Numbered from the whole stretch's first letter, positions 24,194 to 38,042 are shown. The stretch is DNA of 63,969 bases, filler included, from Vicugna vicugna (GCA_013265495.1; 79 parts of 77 records of this genome joined end to end with filler, not necessarily neighbours in it); one strand, 5' to 3'. A program made the numbers and translations. Notes: generated from the letters alone by a model not told the origin.

Positions 24194-25017
24194 NNNNNNN
24201 NNNNNNNNNNNNNNNNNNNNNNNNNNNNNNNNNNNNNTTAATTAATTAANNNNNNNNNNNNNNNNNNNNNNNNNNNNNNNNNNNNNNNNNNNNCCCTGGG
24301 GGAGATGGGAGCAAGTCCACCTGCTCCCCCTGGGGCAGGACCCCTCCCCGCAGCACCCACCTCCTGACTGCACCGCGCCTACATCTCAGGAACCCACTGA
24401 TTTAAAACAAGTGATCCACGAACCTGGGGCAGTGGCAGGGAGATGCGCAGCGACCTGGCAAGCTGGTCGATTTGCCCTCATCTCCCCCACAGCCTGTCCA
24501 GGGCTCGGCCTCTGCTGCTCCAGGCACGGTCCCCCGGTCAGCCTGCTCCCAGGAGGAGGGCGCGGTGTGGTCGAAGGCAGTGGCTGGCTATGGGGTCTGC
24601 CCATGGGTGCCTGTGGATTTGCTTCAAACTCCCCAGAGCGTGGCGTGAGCTTGGCCTCTGCTGCCCCAATGGAACTCATGTTACAGTTCTGCCTGCTCCT
24701 GGAAGGCGGGTGCTCTGCTGTCAGGGAAAGGCGGCGACTGCGATGGCAGGATTGGGGCTGCCTTATGAGAGCGCAGGGGTTGCAACCATTTCCCGCTGCT
24801 GCTGCAGCCATCCCCGCACACTGATCGCACTGCGCCCACCTCCCAGGAGCAGCCTGACCTGTAACCGGAGTCACAAGAACCGTGGGATTTAGACGCCGCC
24901 CCCAAGGTCAGGCCGCGNNNNNNNNNNNNNNNNNNNNNNNNNNNNNNNNNNNNNNNNNNNNTTAATTAATTAANNNNNNNNNNNNNNNNNNNNNNNNNNN
25001 NNNNNNNNNNNNNNNNN

Positions 25018-25262
25018 GTGTGTGTGCACGCGTGCACCTGGGGACGTGTGTTGTACATGACTCTGTGTGTGTGTGTGCTCACGTGCACCTGGGGATGTAT
25101 GTGGTTCTATATGTTATGTGTGTGTGTGCACCTGAGGACGTGTGTGGTTGTGTGTATGTTATGGGTGTGTGTGTGGTACATGACTCCATGTGTGTGTGCC
25201 CGTGGGGATGTATGTGGATCAGAGCCAGTGTGTCTGCACGTGTGTTTGTGTGTATGTGCATG
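25018..25262. repeat. GT-rich low-complexity repeat with gtgcacctg(g)gga subunits
   Basis: Degenerate (GT)n with recurring longer motif. Confidence 0.85.
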
Positions 25263-26875
25263 CATTATTTTTAATAGTAGAAGCTGTCCTTTAGAAATAC
25301 GAAGTAGTAAAAATTGTATGATGTCCTTTGCTGTATAAATCAAAATTAAAATAATCTTCAATCACCAGAAATTTAGTCCCNNNNNNNNNNNNNNNNNNNN
25401 NNNNNNNNNNNNNNNNNNNNNNNNNNNNNNNNNNNNNNNNNNNNNNNNNNNNNNNNNNNNNNNNNNNNNNNNNNNNNNNNNNNNNNNNNNNNNNNNNNNN
25501 NNNNNNNNNNNNNNNNNNNNNNNNNNNNNNNNNNNNNNNNNNNNNNNNNNNNNNNNNNNNNNNNNNNNNNNNNNNNNNNNNNNNNNNNNNNNNNNNNNNN
25601 NNNNNNNNNNNNNNNNNNNNNNNNNNNNNNNNNNNNNNNNNNNNNNNNNNNNNNNNNNNNNNNNNNNNNNNNNNNNNNNNNNNNNNNNNNNNNNNNNNNN
25701 NNNNNNNNNNNNNNNNNCTGGTGGCCAAAAGGGACCAAGGCCCACGAGAGCACTTCTGGGAGCTGCCTGCCAACACCTGGAAAAGGACTGCTCAGGACTG
25801 GCTCTGCAGTAGAAGCAGAGGAAGGAAATGTCGCCTCCTGGTGGACATCCTTTGTGATGGCAGTAGGAGGCCTAGGAGCCTTGGTATCGTGGTGGCAAGG
25901 CAAGGTCCTAGTGGATGATCGTTTCCATGTGTCTTAAAAATCATTGCTTCATATATTTTATCCACTTTGTGGTTTATTTTAGGGTGGTAAATATGGTCAG
26001 TGTTATTCCATATTACCTGGATTAATTAATTTTTTTATTGTTAATTTTCTCTTCAGTGATTTGGAAGCTATATTGCCTCTTAAAGAAAATTCTCTCTAAA
26101 TCTTTATAAATCATCTCTCTGTTCATAAATTTATATGCAATTGGACCAGTATTCCTATAAGAGTCNNNNNNNNNNNNNNNNNNNNNNNNNNNNNNNNNNN
26201 NNNNNNNNNTTAATTAATTAANNNNNNNNNNNNNNNNNNNNNNNNNNNNNNNNNNNNNNNNNNNNTATCTCAAATAAACAAACAAAATAGAAATGGCATA
26301 TTCCTAACTGTAAATAAGTTTTCAGTTTACCAAGTAATTCATACAGAACGTTCAGTTTTCTGTTTAGAAAGACTTGTTAAGTATAAAAATGCATAATGTT
26401 ATTGGAGACAAACATATTGGTGACAAACATACATAAACTCAATCATCAAGCCTTTGAAAAGACCACAGGAATAATCTTCAACCAAACAAAAGTAAACTAC
26501 ATGTTGGAAAATTACTCTGTGTGACAGGATCTTCTAAGCATCAACAAACTCATGTAAACTTGCACTTAAGAAAAGTAGAATTTCACTTTCCTTTAAGTAA
26601 AAGTGAGATAAGGATTATTCAAATCCTTAAGTATTTGTTAAATGAAACCACATAGAAATGAAACATTGAAAAAGTGATAAGCGATGAGAATCATAACTTA
26701 CAAAAATCTTTAGTTGGTCATATTCAAGACTTGATAAATGAATTTGATAGGAACTGCAAAAGGAAATGTTTATACNNNNNNNNNNNNNNNNNNNNNNNNN
26801 NNNNNNNNNNNNNNNNNNNTTAATTAATTAANNNNNNNNNNNNNNNNNNNNNNNNNNNNNNNNNNNNNNNNNNNN

Positions 26876-28036
26876 GGGTTTCGGCTCTAATACCAATTAT
26901 TAGCCAATGCATCTACATGGTACGTTGAGAAATTATACCTACAACCAGCAACGTGGGAATACATATACCACCTGAAAGATGCCTGGATTCTGTTTCCCCA
27001 CTTCTAGCACACAAACGAGGAAGAGTTCTTCTATCCTGAATGTGGGGAGTTTCCTCCAAATGACAGCAGCACCTGAGGTCTAATAGAATCCGTTAGCTTG
27101 ACTTCCTTGAGTGTTTACCTAGGCCGGGCTGTGAGCGAATGTGGGGGTTGGGCCCTAAAGACAAGGATTAGCGAGTGTCCATCTATGGGCAGTGGAGGTG
27201 TTTAAACCAAATACCCAACTTTGGAATACCTGTGCCCCCATAAAGATGCGTGGAATATCCTTCCCACCTCCAGAGCACACACGAAGACTTTCAGATATCC
27301 TTAGTGTGTGGGGCTCCTCAAAATGACAGCAGCTTCTGGGTTCTAATAGAATCCCTTAGCTTGTAATACGAGTGTTTCCCTGGTCCGGGATGTGAGGGAA
27401 AGCTGGGGGTTGGTCTTGGAGTTCAAGTAGCATTGAGTTCCCCCTGATCGATTGAGGAAGTACTTAGAGGACTTCTCCCTAAAGGGAACACTTTTGCCCC
27501 CATTCATCTGGGTGGAGTGGGGCTGCACAACTCCCCCACACACAAGAATGTGTTCCGGAATCCTGAGTGCAGNNNNNNNNNNNNNNNNNNNNNNNNNNNN
27601 NNNNNNNNNNNNNNNNNNNNNNNNNNNNNNNNNNNNNNNNNNNNNNNNNNNNNNNNNNNNNNNNNNNNNNNNNNNNNNNNNNNNNNNNNNNNNNNNNNNN
27701 NNNNNNNNNNNNNNNNNNNNNNNNNNNNNNNNNNNNNNNNNNNNNNNNNNNNNNNNNNNNNNNNNNNNNNNNTCCAGCACACACACGGACACTTGCACAG
27801 TTATCCTGAGAGTGGGCAGCCTCCTCCAACTGACAGCAGGGCCTGGGTTCTAATAATATCGCTTAACTTGTCTTCCCTGTTTGGTTGACTGATACGGAGT
27901 GCGGGGGAAAGTGGGGGTTGGGCTCTAAATCCAAGTATTAGCGAGTGCTTATCCATGGGAAGTGGAGGTTATTAACCAAAAACACACAACATGGCAACAC
28001 CTCTGCTCCTTGAAAAATGCGTGGACTCTGTTTCCA
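26876..28036 (+). repeat. Satellite C
   Basis: ctaatagaatcc at 27080 and 27343 (263 bp). Confidence 0.92.
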
Positions 28037-29799
28037 NNNNNNNNNNNNNNNNNNNNNNNNNNNNNNNNNNNNNNNNNNNNTTAATTAATTAANNNNNNNN
28101 NNNNNNNNNNNNNNNNNNNNNNNNNNNNNNNNNNNNTGGTAGGAGAAAAGGAAAAAAGAAAGAAGAAAAGGCAAAACAGAGAGGGATGGGTCCCACCCAG
28201 AGGGAGCGGCAAAGGAGGACTGGTGCTTGCTCGCTGGGACTTCCCTCTCCAACCGAGAGGCCAGAGGGCTAGAGGGGGAGCCTTCAAGGCTCAGATTTGT
28301 ACAGAGCAGCCCTTGACATACAGAACTAAGTTAAACGGGCACAGAGGGTCCCTGTGACACCCAACCCGAGATGCGGGCTGGCAGCTGGGGTTAGGGTCAG
28401 GCCACCCGAGCTGGGCGGAGAATGGGGACGGCTGCACTGAGGCAGCCCTGGGGGACTGCAGGGGCTGTGTGCTGTGGCTGTGGGTGCACAGGGCAGAACA
28501 ACCTGGGCCCTCCATGAAAAAGCATGGCTGATGTGCCCTGGGGGGAAAGGTGCATGCCCCCATCTCTGAAAACCCTCGGAAAGTTTTCAGGGGAAGAGAA
28601 GCAGGGATCAGGCACAGCAGCCATGTCCTTCGGCGCTGAGCATCCAGGCAGGGGCGGGGGCGAAACCTGCACCCGCACCGAAGGGCTCAGCAGCCTCAAA
28701 GGCCAGACGGAGACTTGTCTACAGCCGGAGGCAGATAGAAGTCTTCTGTCCTGGTCCCTCAGAGAACTTGCTCGGCCGAGATAAACAAGGAGCTGGGTTC
28801 TGGCCCAGAGCAGGGACAGGGATGTTCTTCAGTCTTCCCCGAGCCCGCCGGTGGAGGGCCGACCAGGGCGGAGCGCGCAGCCGCACAGAGCAGCGGAGCT
28901 ACCGGCGGCGCAGGTAGAGGGAGAGCGGCCCCCGCCTGTCGGGCAGGAACACAGCCCCTGGCCGAGGTGCTGGGAGGGGGCAAGACCCGCCCTCCTACCT
29001 GGCCAGTCTGCAACATCACCTGGGAGGGGCAGTGACCCGCCCGCCCACAGCAGAGGAGAGCTGCACNNNNNNNNNNNNNNNNNNNNNNNNNNNNNNNNNN
29101 NNNNNNNNNNTTAATTAATTAANNNNNNNNNNNNNNNNNNNNNNNNNNNNNNNNNNNNNNNNNNNNGGTTTCTTGAATTCTTTTAAAAATTCCAAGCTTA
29201 ATTTTAAAATACATCTGAGCAGAAATTCTATATTATCTTTTCCCCCGTGAAATGAACAACACAGTCTGTTGTAAATATTCAGTCCTTACAATGATTCACG
29301 AGCACCGTATCCTCACAAAACTGCTGGACAGCAAGGCACTATCCAGACACTGTGACCAAACAAATGAAACACAGGGAAGACAGTGACCCTGTTCTGGAGG
29401 GCTTATAAGCCGTGTCAACACCTCGTTTTTATTTGATTGTTTTGATTGGCTATCAAAATTAAATCAATCAAGTACTTTCTTCTTTGAGCATTCTGTAAGT
29501 CATGACTGTTTTTAGTGTCATGAGCAGGAAGGACTTAAGCATGACTTGATTAGGTCAACTAGCAACAATCATCACTGGAGAGTGAGTAATAAAGAAGTTA
29601 AGTGATAGCAATGCTTCTGCCTACATGAGAAATCAACACTGATATCTGAAATGCAAATAAGGAGATGAGGTCCCTAATGAGAAAACAAACTAACAAGAAN
29701 NNNNNNNNNNNNNNNNNNNNNNNNNNNNNNNNNNNNNNNNNNNTTAATTAATTAANNNNNNNNNNNNNNNNNNNNNNNNNNNNNNNNNNNNNNNNNNNN

Positions 29800-29957
29800 A
29801 TTTTCAGAAAGGCTGAGTCTTTGGGGAGAGTCTACGGTACAAACAGTGTTGGACTTCAGCTTTCTCTGCTACCAGTTTATGATTCAATTTTTTGGGTTTT
29901 CCAGCTCTGCAGACTCCTTTGCCATTTATTCATTTATTTTCCAACTTGCAAACTGTT
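29800..29957 (+). repeat. Near-identical duplicate of 30808-30965
   Basis: 158 bp with 3 substitutions on separate scaffolds. Confidence 0.92.
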
Positions 29958-31753
29958 TTCACTGCTGTCTCCTCTCCAAATCACTCCATACTTGGGTTTA
30001 TGCCTTAAGAAATGGCTTTCCTGATGGTTCAGTGGGAGTGGAATCAGCTGTAGGAACTGCCGACATTTTAAGGCAATGCCTTTTTCACATCTGTGGGCAT
30101 AATCCTGTCTACCTCCTGAGGGTCTCCAGTGGTGGAAGCCCCACCAGCAGACACTCGTGACGTATTTTGGCCGTCTAGGTTGTAGAAGGAACAGGAGAGT
30201 TGAGTGGCTCCTGTGAACCTATCACTGTGAGAAGACAAAGGGCTAAGCGTGTNNNNNNNNNNNNNNNNNNNNNNNNNNNNNNNNNNNNNNNNNNNNNNNN
30301 NNNNNNNNNNNNNNNNNNNNNNNNNNNNNNNNNNNNNNNNNNNNNNNNNNNNNNNNNNNNNNNNNNNNNNNNNNNNNNNNNNNNNNNNNNNNNNNNNNNN
30401 NNNNNNNNNNNNNNNNNCTGTACCCAGAAGCCCTAAGCACATCCCTGCCTCATTCTGTAGTTTCCTACGTGTATGGTGAGAATACAGACATTTTGATGTA
30501 TGAACCTGGATGCATTGCTAAAATGTTATCAATATCCTATCCTANNNNNNNNNNNNNNNNNNNNNNNNNNNNNNNNNNNNNNNNNNNNTTAATTAATTAA
30601 NNNNNNNNNNNNNNNNNNNNNNNNNNNNNNNNNNNNNNNNNNNNCCCCACCCCGTGCAGGGACCCTCTGGGTTACTGCCTCTAGGGGCTAAACCTTGGGT
30701 CTTTCACTGTGGTCCCAGCAGACGCTCAGCCCCTAGGGCAGGGGAGGGGATCTGACGGCTAGGCTCTCAGTCAGTCCTCCCTGTCGGTCTCCGCTCCCTC
30801 CTTCCTTATTTTCAGAAAGGCTGAGTCTTTGGGGAGAGTCTACGGTACAAACGGTGTTGGACTTCAGCTTTCTCTGCTACCAGTTTACGATTCAATTTTT
30901 TGGGTTTTCCAGCTCTGCAAACTCCTTTGCCATTTATTCATTTATTTTCCAACTTGCAAACTGTTNNNNNNNNNNNNNNNNNNNNNNNNNNNNNNNNNNN
31001 NNNNNNNNNTTAATTAATTAANNNNNNNNNNNNNNNNNNNNNNNNNNNNNNNNNNNNNNNNNNNNGAGGTCACCAATAACACATTAAGGGTTAATTCTGC
31101 ATAAAAAAAAATCAGACTCTTACAGACATTTGGAAAACCGTTTAAGAGACTCTTACATCTCAAGACTCTTGAGACCCAGCTGTGCTCCCCCATGCACTTG
31201 AATCTCTAGCTGTCTCTTGATTTTGTAGTCTTTCTCTCTTTGTTTTTACTAACATCAGAACAGAATGGCATTCAGGTAAGTCCAGNNNNNNNNNNNNNNN
31301 NNNNNNNNNNNNNNNNNNNNNNNNNNNNNNNNNNNNNNNNNNNNNNNNNNNNNNNNNNNNNNNNNNNNNNNNNNNNNNNNNNNNNNNNNNNNNNNNNNNN
31401 NNNNNNNNNNNNNNNNNNNNNNNNNNNNNNNNNNNNNNNNNNNNNNNNNNNNNNNNNNNNNNNNNNNNNNNNNNNNNNNNNNNNNNNNNNNNNNNNNNNN
31501 NNNNNNNNNNNNNNNNNNNNNNNNNNNNNNNNNNNNNNNNNNNNNNNNNNNNNNNNNNNNNNNNNNNNNNNNNNNNNNNNNNNNNNNNNNNNNNNNNNNN
31601 NNNNNNNNNNNNNNNNNNNNNNNNNNNNNNNNNNNNNNNNNNNNNNNNNNNNNNNNNNNNNNNNNNNNNNNNNNNNNNNNNNNNNNNNNNNNNNNNNNGA
31701 GAAGTGCCTTTGGAAATGTCATTCTCACTGCTGAGCCATGAGGATGGCTCTGA

Positions 31754-31846
31754 AGCAGTGGTTCTCAATGTGCCCTTGACAGCAGCTTCAGCATTGCCTA
31801 CGGATTTAAAGATGCGCATTCTCAGGCCCCACCTTAGACTGACTGA
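31754..31846. mobile_element. MER5-type hAT DNA transposon fragment
   Basis: cagtggttctcaa terminus and gcattctcaggccccaccttagact motif. Confidence 0.65.
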
Positions 31847-32026
31847 NNNNNNNNNNNNNNNNNNNNNNNNNNNNNNNNNNNNNNNNNNNNTTAATTAATT
31901 AANNNNNNNNNNNNNNNNNNNNNNNNNNNNNNNNNNNNNNNNNNNNATGAAACTTTAGGTCATTAGACAGTATAGTTGATAAAATTTGAAAAAAAAAGAT
32001 GAACTGAATGGCCCTTTAAGATAATG

Positions 32027-32505
32027 AAAGAAAAAGGAATCTTCCTACACTGCTGGTGGGAATGTAGCCATTATGGAAAACAGTATGGAGAATCCTCAAA
32101 AAACTAAAAATCGACTTACCATATGATTCAGAAATCCCACTCCTGGGCATTTATCTGGAGGGAACTCTAATTCAAAAAGATACATACACTCCAATGTTCA
32201 CAGCAGCACTATATACAATAGCCAAGACATGAAAGCAACCTAAATGTTCAACAGATGAAAACAGATGACAAAGAAGTCATGGTATATGTATACAATGGAA
32301 TACTACTCAGCCATAAAAATACTAAAATAATGACATTTGCAGCAACATGAGTGGACCTGCAGATCATCATTCCAAGTGAAGTTAGCCGGAAAGAGAAAGG
32401 AAAATATCATTTGATATCACTCGTATGTGGAATCTAAAAAAAGAAAAAGAGAGGCACTACTGAACTCGTCTACAAAACAGAAACAGACTCACAGACATAG
32501 TAAAC
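32027..32505 (+). mobile_element. LINE-1 ORF2 end and 3' UTR (cetartiodactyl-type)
   Basis: acactgctggtgggaatg...atggaatactactcagccataaaa...ctacaaaacagaaacagactcacagacatag. Confidence 0.92.
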
Positions 32506-32605
32506 NNNNNNNNNNNNNNNNNNNNNNNNNNNNNNNNNNNNNNNNNNNNTTAATTAATTAANNNNNNNNNNNNNNNNNNNNNNNNNNNNNNNNNNNNNNN
32601 NNNNN

Positions 32606-33497
32606 GCTACATGTCCCAATGGAATAAACAAGTGGGGCATACACCGCGGTACATACCCCAGTGGAATAAAACAGTAGGAAATAGACTGCAGTGCATGTCC
32701 CAATGGAGTAAACACATTGGGAATACACAGTGGTGCATGCCCCAGTGGAATAAACCAGTGGGTTCTACACTTCGGTGCATAACCCAGTGATATAAATCAG
32801 TAGGCTCTACATTGCAGTGCATGCCCCAGTGGAATAAACCAGTTGGTTCAACACCGCGGTGCATGACGCGGTGCATGCCCCAGTGGAATATACCAATGTG
32901 TTCTCAGCTGTGCTATATACCTTAGTGGAGTAAACCATTGGCGAATACGCCGCGCTGCATGCCCAGTGGAATAAACCAGTAGGAAGGACACCACGGTGCA
33001 TGGCCCAGTGGAAAAAACAATTGGTGTCTATGCTACCGTACAGGCACAAGTGGAATAAACCACAGAGGAATACACCGCAGTGCATGTACCACTGGAATAA
33101 ACCAGTGGGGTTTACACCGCGGTGATTGCTCCAGTGGAATAAACCAGTGGGGAATATGCCGCGGTGCATTCCCCAGTGGAATAAAGCAGTAGGAAATACA
33201 CCGCGGTGCATGGCCCAGTGGAACAAAAAAGTGGTGTCTCCGCCACGGTGCATGCAGCAGTGGAATAAACCAGCAGGGTGTACACCATGGTGAATGCTCC
33301 AATGGAATAATCAAGAGGGTCTACACCGTGGTGCATGCTCCAGTGCAATAAATCAGTGGGGAATACAACGCGGTGCATGCTCTAGTAAAATAAACCAGTG
33401 GGGAAAACTCATGGTGCATGCCCTAGTGGAATAATTCAGTGGGGTCTACGTGGCACTACAAGTCCCGATGCAATAAACCAGTGGGGAATACGCCGTG
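32606..33497. repeat. 42-bp tandem repeat (consensus about cagtggaataaaccagtggggaatacaccgcggtgcatgccc), ~21 copies
   Basis: Direct periodicity; translations show a 14-aa period. Confidence 0.93.
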
Positions 33498-33892
33498 NNN
33501 NNNNNNNNNNNNNNNNNNNNNNNNNNNNNNNNNNNNNNNNNTTAATTAATTAANNNNNNNNNNNNNNNNNNNNNNNNNNNNNNNNNNNNNNNNNNNNGCC
33601 AACATTTAAAGTAATTTGAATCTAGTGTTCTGAGAGTCTCAGAGGGGAAAGGGGAAAGGAAAGAAGGAAAGAGGTAAATGGAGCAAAGAAGTAAGAATAT
33701 TGCTAGGGAAAGGCAAGACGTTAACTTTGTTCCTACTTGCAACACACACAAATTAGGGACTGGCTTTCCCCCATGTCTTGTCAAGCACTAACTTGCAGCA
33801 GAAGAGGCGACAGCCCATTTCTCACTGAGATTGTGACTGTACGTGGCATCTTATAGACACAAATTATTTACCCTGATCAAACACTCTAGCAG

Positions 33893-34030
33893 CAGGCCGT
33901 GATTCTCCTATTTTGAGAGACAAGAAAACAGGAATTGAAAGAGGGTATATAACTTGACAAAAGTCAGAGGACCAGTAAACTAAAGAGGATGAATTCAAAC
34001 TCAGATCTGAATGCAGAGTCTGAACTTCCC
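33893..34030. mobile_element. MIR SINE fragment
   Basis: ctcctattttgagagacaagaaaacagg...aacttgacaaaagtcaga...gaattcaaactcagatctga. Confidence 0.65.
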
Positions 34031-35166
34031 ACTCCCAGGGCTCGAAAATCCTTAACACACAGGCAAATGCATTGTTCCCGGCACCAAGCATTTCCCATGG
34101 CGATGGTCTCCANNNNNNNNNNNNNNNNNNNNNNNNNNNNNNNNNNNNNNNNNNNNTTAATTAATTAANNNNNNNNNNNNNNNNNNNNNNNNNNNNNNNN
34201 NNNNNNNNNNNNCACTTTTGGCAGCTTTCTGTAGGGTCCTGGAGGCATTCTCTCTCAGACTCTATGCGCCTCTATTGAAAACCAGTCATCGCTATCTGCC
34301 CTGCTGGAAAAGCACTCCACCTGTTTTGCCCTGAAGAAGTGTTATGTTTATAACTCATCTCTACTGCTTGGAAAATAACTCAATAAAAACTCAGTTGGTT
34401 TTCCACCAGCTCTGGGCAGGGGTGAAGGATAGCTTGTTATTATTTTATAAAAAAAAATAAAAGAAGTCTTAAAACAGCACTGGGCACATAGGAGAGAGAC
34501 AATCAATGCTTCCAGGCTTAAATCAAAAGTGATGACTCAGTGATTCCATGGCTGCTGTATTTGCTGAGCTAGTTAAGTTANNNNNNNNNNNNNNNNNNNN
34601 NNNNNNNNNNNNNNNNNNNNNNNNNNNNNNNNNNNNNNNNNNNNNNNNNNNNNNNNNNNNNNNNNNNNNNNNNNNNNNNNNNNNNNNNNNNNNNNNNNNN
34701 NNNNNNNNNNNNNNNNNNNNNNNNNNNNNNNNNNNNNNNNNNNNNNNNNNNNNNNNNNNNNNNNNNNNNNNNNNNNNNNNNNNNNNNNNNNNNNNNNNNN
34801 NNNNNNNNNNNNNNNNNNNNNNNNNNNNNNNNNNNNNNNNNNNNNNNNNNNNNNNNNNNNNNNNNNNNNNNNNNNNNNNNNNNNNNNNNNNNNNNNNNNN
34901 NNNNNNNNNNNNNNNNNNNNNNNNNNNNNNNNNNNNNNNNNNNNNNNNNNNNNNNNNNNNNNNNNNNNNNNNNNNNNNNNNNNNNAGGAGAGCCTATTCT
35001 GAAGGCTTTGATCTTTAAGATTATTTAACACTTTTCCAATCATATAAAGATAACAAGTTGCAGAATNNNNNNNNNNNNNNNNNNNNNNNNNNNNNNNNNN
35101 NNNNNNNNNNTTAATTAATTAANNNNNNNNNNNNNNNNNNNNNNNNNNNNNNNNNNNNNNNNNNNN

Positions 35167-35364
35167 AACATACGGAGTGCCAACGTAGACTTGAGGAAGT
35201 TCCTCGATTCTGTGCTCCAAAAACGGGTCCAATATCCCTGACGTCTAAAAGGGAAGAGATGGCAGAGGTGATCAAAACGCTCATGACCTTAGAATAGGTC
35301 GTGAGAATCCACACGTCCCAAGGGGCATTTCCAAGCCATTCACACCAACGTGCACCAAGCCCAG
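35167..35364 (+). pseudogene. Multicopy exon-like segment, copy 2 (paralog of 14888-15085)
   Basis: HTECQRRLEEVPRFCAPKTGPISLTSKREEMAEVIKTLMTLE*VVRIHTSQGAFPSHSHQRAPSP then CAG|GTAAGC. Confidence 0.4.
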
Positions 35365-35738
35365 GTAAGCCTTTTCCCAGGTTTGGGCCTAGCTAGCAAG
35401 CACTTGCTCTTCCCTCCCCTCCACTCAGGCATCCATTTGGAAGGATCAGTACCTGAGCTGCAATGAAGCCAGTAAAGAGCAAGCCCCTCCTCGAATCAGA
35501 GTTCCTCCAGCTTCACACTCTGTGAACAACAGTGAACTCCTTAAAGGTCAAATAGTCTCGACTGAAACAGATAGGAATTGAAAACTTTGCTCACACAAAG
35601 TAACGATGGCCTTCCGCTAGATTCAGCAAATGCTGGGTNNNNNNNNNNNNNNNNNNNNNNNNNNNNNNNNNNNNNNNNNNNNTTAATTAATTAANNNNNN
35701 NNNNNNNNNNNNNNNNNNNNNNNNNNNNNNNNNNNNNN

Positions 35739-36537
35739 CATATTTTTAGATTTCACATATAAGTGATATCATATGATATTTGTTTTTTCTGTCTGACTTC
35801 CTTCACTTAGTATAATAATCCCTAGATCGATTCATGTTGCTGCAAATGGCATTATTTCATTATTTTTCATGGCTAAGTAATATTCCACTGTGTGTGTGTG
35901 TGTATATATATATGTGCCATGTCTTCACATCTTCTTTATCCAGTCATCTGTTGATGGACATTTAGGCTGTTTCCATGTCTTGGCTATTGTAAATAGTGCT
36001 GCTATGAACATTTGGGCACAGCATTTTGAAGTAGGATTCCTTCTGGATATATGCCCAGGAGTGGGATTCCTGGGTCATATGGTAAGTCTATTCCTAGTCT
36101 TTTGAGGAATCTGCATACTGTTTTCCACAGTGGCTGTACCAAACTACATTTCCACCAGCAGTGCAGGAGGGTTCCCTTTTCTCCACAGCCTCTCCAGCAT
36201 CTGTCATTTGTGGACTTTTGAATGATGGCCATTTTGACTGATGTGAGGTGATACTTCATTGTAGTTTTGATTTGCAAAGTTTTGATTTGCATTTCTCTGT
36301 TAATTAGTGATATTGTGCATTTTTTCATGTGCCTATTGATCATTTGTGTGTCTTCCTTGGAGAAATTCTTGTTTAGGTCTTTTCCCATTTTTGGATTGGT
36401 TTGTTTGTTTTTTTCTTATTAAGTCATATGAGCTACTTATATATTCTGGAGATCAAGCCTTTGTTGGTTTCATTTGCAAAAAGTTTTTCCTGTTCCGTAG
36501 GTTGTCTTTTTATTTTACTTATGGTTTCCTTTGCTGT
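35739..36537 (-). mobile_element. LINE-1 ORF2 C-terminal (CCHC) and 3' UTR fragment
   Basis: ORF 36002-36388: [10 protein letters not shown]...[26 protein letters not shown]. Confidence 0.95.
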
Positions 36538-36637
36538 NNNNNNNNNNNNNNNNNNNNNNNNNNNNNNNNNNNNNNNNNNNNTTAATTAATTAANNNNNNN
36601 NNNNNNNNNNNNNNNNNNNNNNNNNNNNNNNNNNNNN

Positions 36638-38042
36638 TTGCAACTGAAAAGTAACTTTGTGTTCCCTTCAACCTAGGTGAAGTTCGGCTTTCACATAAAG
36701 TTGTCTCTCAGAGCTGAGCATGTGGAAAGACGTTCGTTCATCTTGAACAAAGGGAACGGGTTGCAGGAGAAACACTTACTGTGGTTTCTCATTGTGTTTC
36801 CTAGTGCCGGTTTGAAGTTCCTGCAGTATTCACTATAAAACCGAGTTGCAGCTTCTACCTCTCCATATATATGTTTGGAGTGGAGTTTGCAACTGAAAAG
36901 AAACTTTGTGTTCCCTTCAAGCTAGGTGAAGGACGGCTTTCACACACACNNNNNNNNNNNNNNNNNNNNNNNNNNNNNNNNNNNNNNNNNNNNNNNNNNN
37001 NNNNNNNNNNNNNNNNNNNNNNNNNNNNNNNNNNNNNNNNNNNNNNNNNNNNNNNNNNNNNNNNNNNNNNNNNNNNNNNNNNNNNNNNNNNNNNNNNNNN
37101 NNNNNNNNNNNNNNNNNNNNNNNNNNNNNNNTATGGAGTGGAGTTTGCAACTGAAAAGAAACTTTGTGTACCCTTCAAGCTAGGTGAAGGACGGCTTTCA
37201 CACACACTTATCTCTCAGAACTGAGCATGTGGAGAGACGTTCGTTCATCCAGCTCAAAGGGAACTGGTTGCAGGAGAAACAATTACTGTGGTTTCTCACT
37301 CTATTTCCTAGTGCCGGTTAGAATTTCCTGCAGTTGTCACTGTAAAACCGAGTTGGAGCTTGTACTTCCCCATATATACGTATGGAGTGGAGTTTGCAAC
37401 TGAAAAGAAACTTTGTGTTCCCTTCAAGCTAGGTGAAGGAAGGCTTTCACACACAGTTATCTCTCACAACTTANNNNNNNNNNNNNNNNNNNNNNNNNNN
37501 NNNNNNNNNNNNNNNNNNNNNNNNNNNNNNNNNNNNNNNNNNNNNNNNNNNNNNNNNNNNNNNNNNNNNNNNNNNNNNNNNNNNNNNNNNNNNNNNNNNN
37601 NNNNNNNNNNNNNNNNNNNNNNNNNNNNNNNNNNNNNNNNNNNNNNNNNNNNNNNNNNNNNNNNNNNNNNNNNNNNNNNNNNNNNNNNNNNNNNNNNNNN
37701 NNNNNNNNNNNNNNNNNNNNNNNNNNNNNNNNNNNNNNNNNNNNNNNNNNNNNNNNNNNNNNNNNNNNNNNNNNNNNNNNNNNNNNNNNNNNNNNNNNNN
37801 NNNNNNNNNNNNNNNNNNNNNNNNNNNNNNNNNNNNNNNNNNNNNNNNNNNNNNNNNNNNNNNNNNNNNNNNNNNNNNNNNNNNNNNNNNNNNNNNNNNN
37901 NNNNNNNNNNNNNNNNNNNNNNNNNNNNNNNNNNNNNNNNATAAAGATGTAGAACTGAGCATGTGGAAAGACTTTCGTTCATCTAGAACAAAGGAATCGG
38001 GTTGCAGGAGAAACACTTACTGTGGTTTCTCATTCTTTTTCC
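36638..38042 (+). repeat. Satellite A
   Basis: tatggagtggagtttgcaactgaaaag at 37132 and 37381 (249 bp). Confidence 0.95.

Noticed and set aside
24386..24905. Overlapping 137-162 aa ORFs (similarly 28291-29114)
   Set aside because: GC-rich DNA open in several frames on both strands; no recognisable domain.
32607..33378. His/Trp-periodic repeat protein
   Set aside because: 42-bp repeat read in shifting frames; no splice or start evidence.
36260..36291. In-frame QIKT duplication in L1 ORF2
   Set aside because: One of the X-a-X assembly artefacts.
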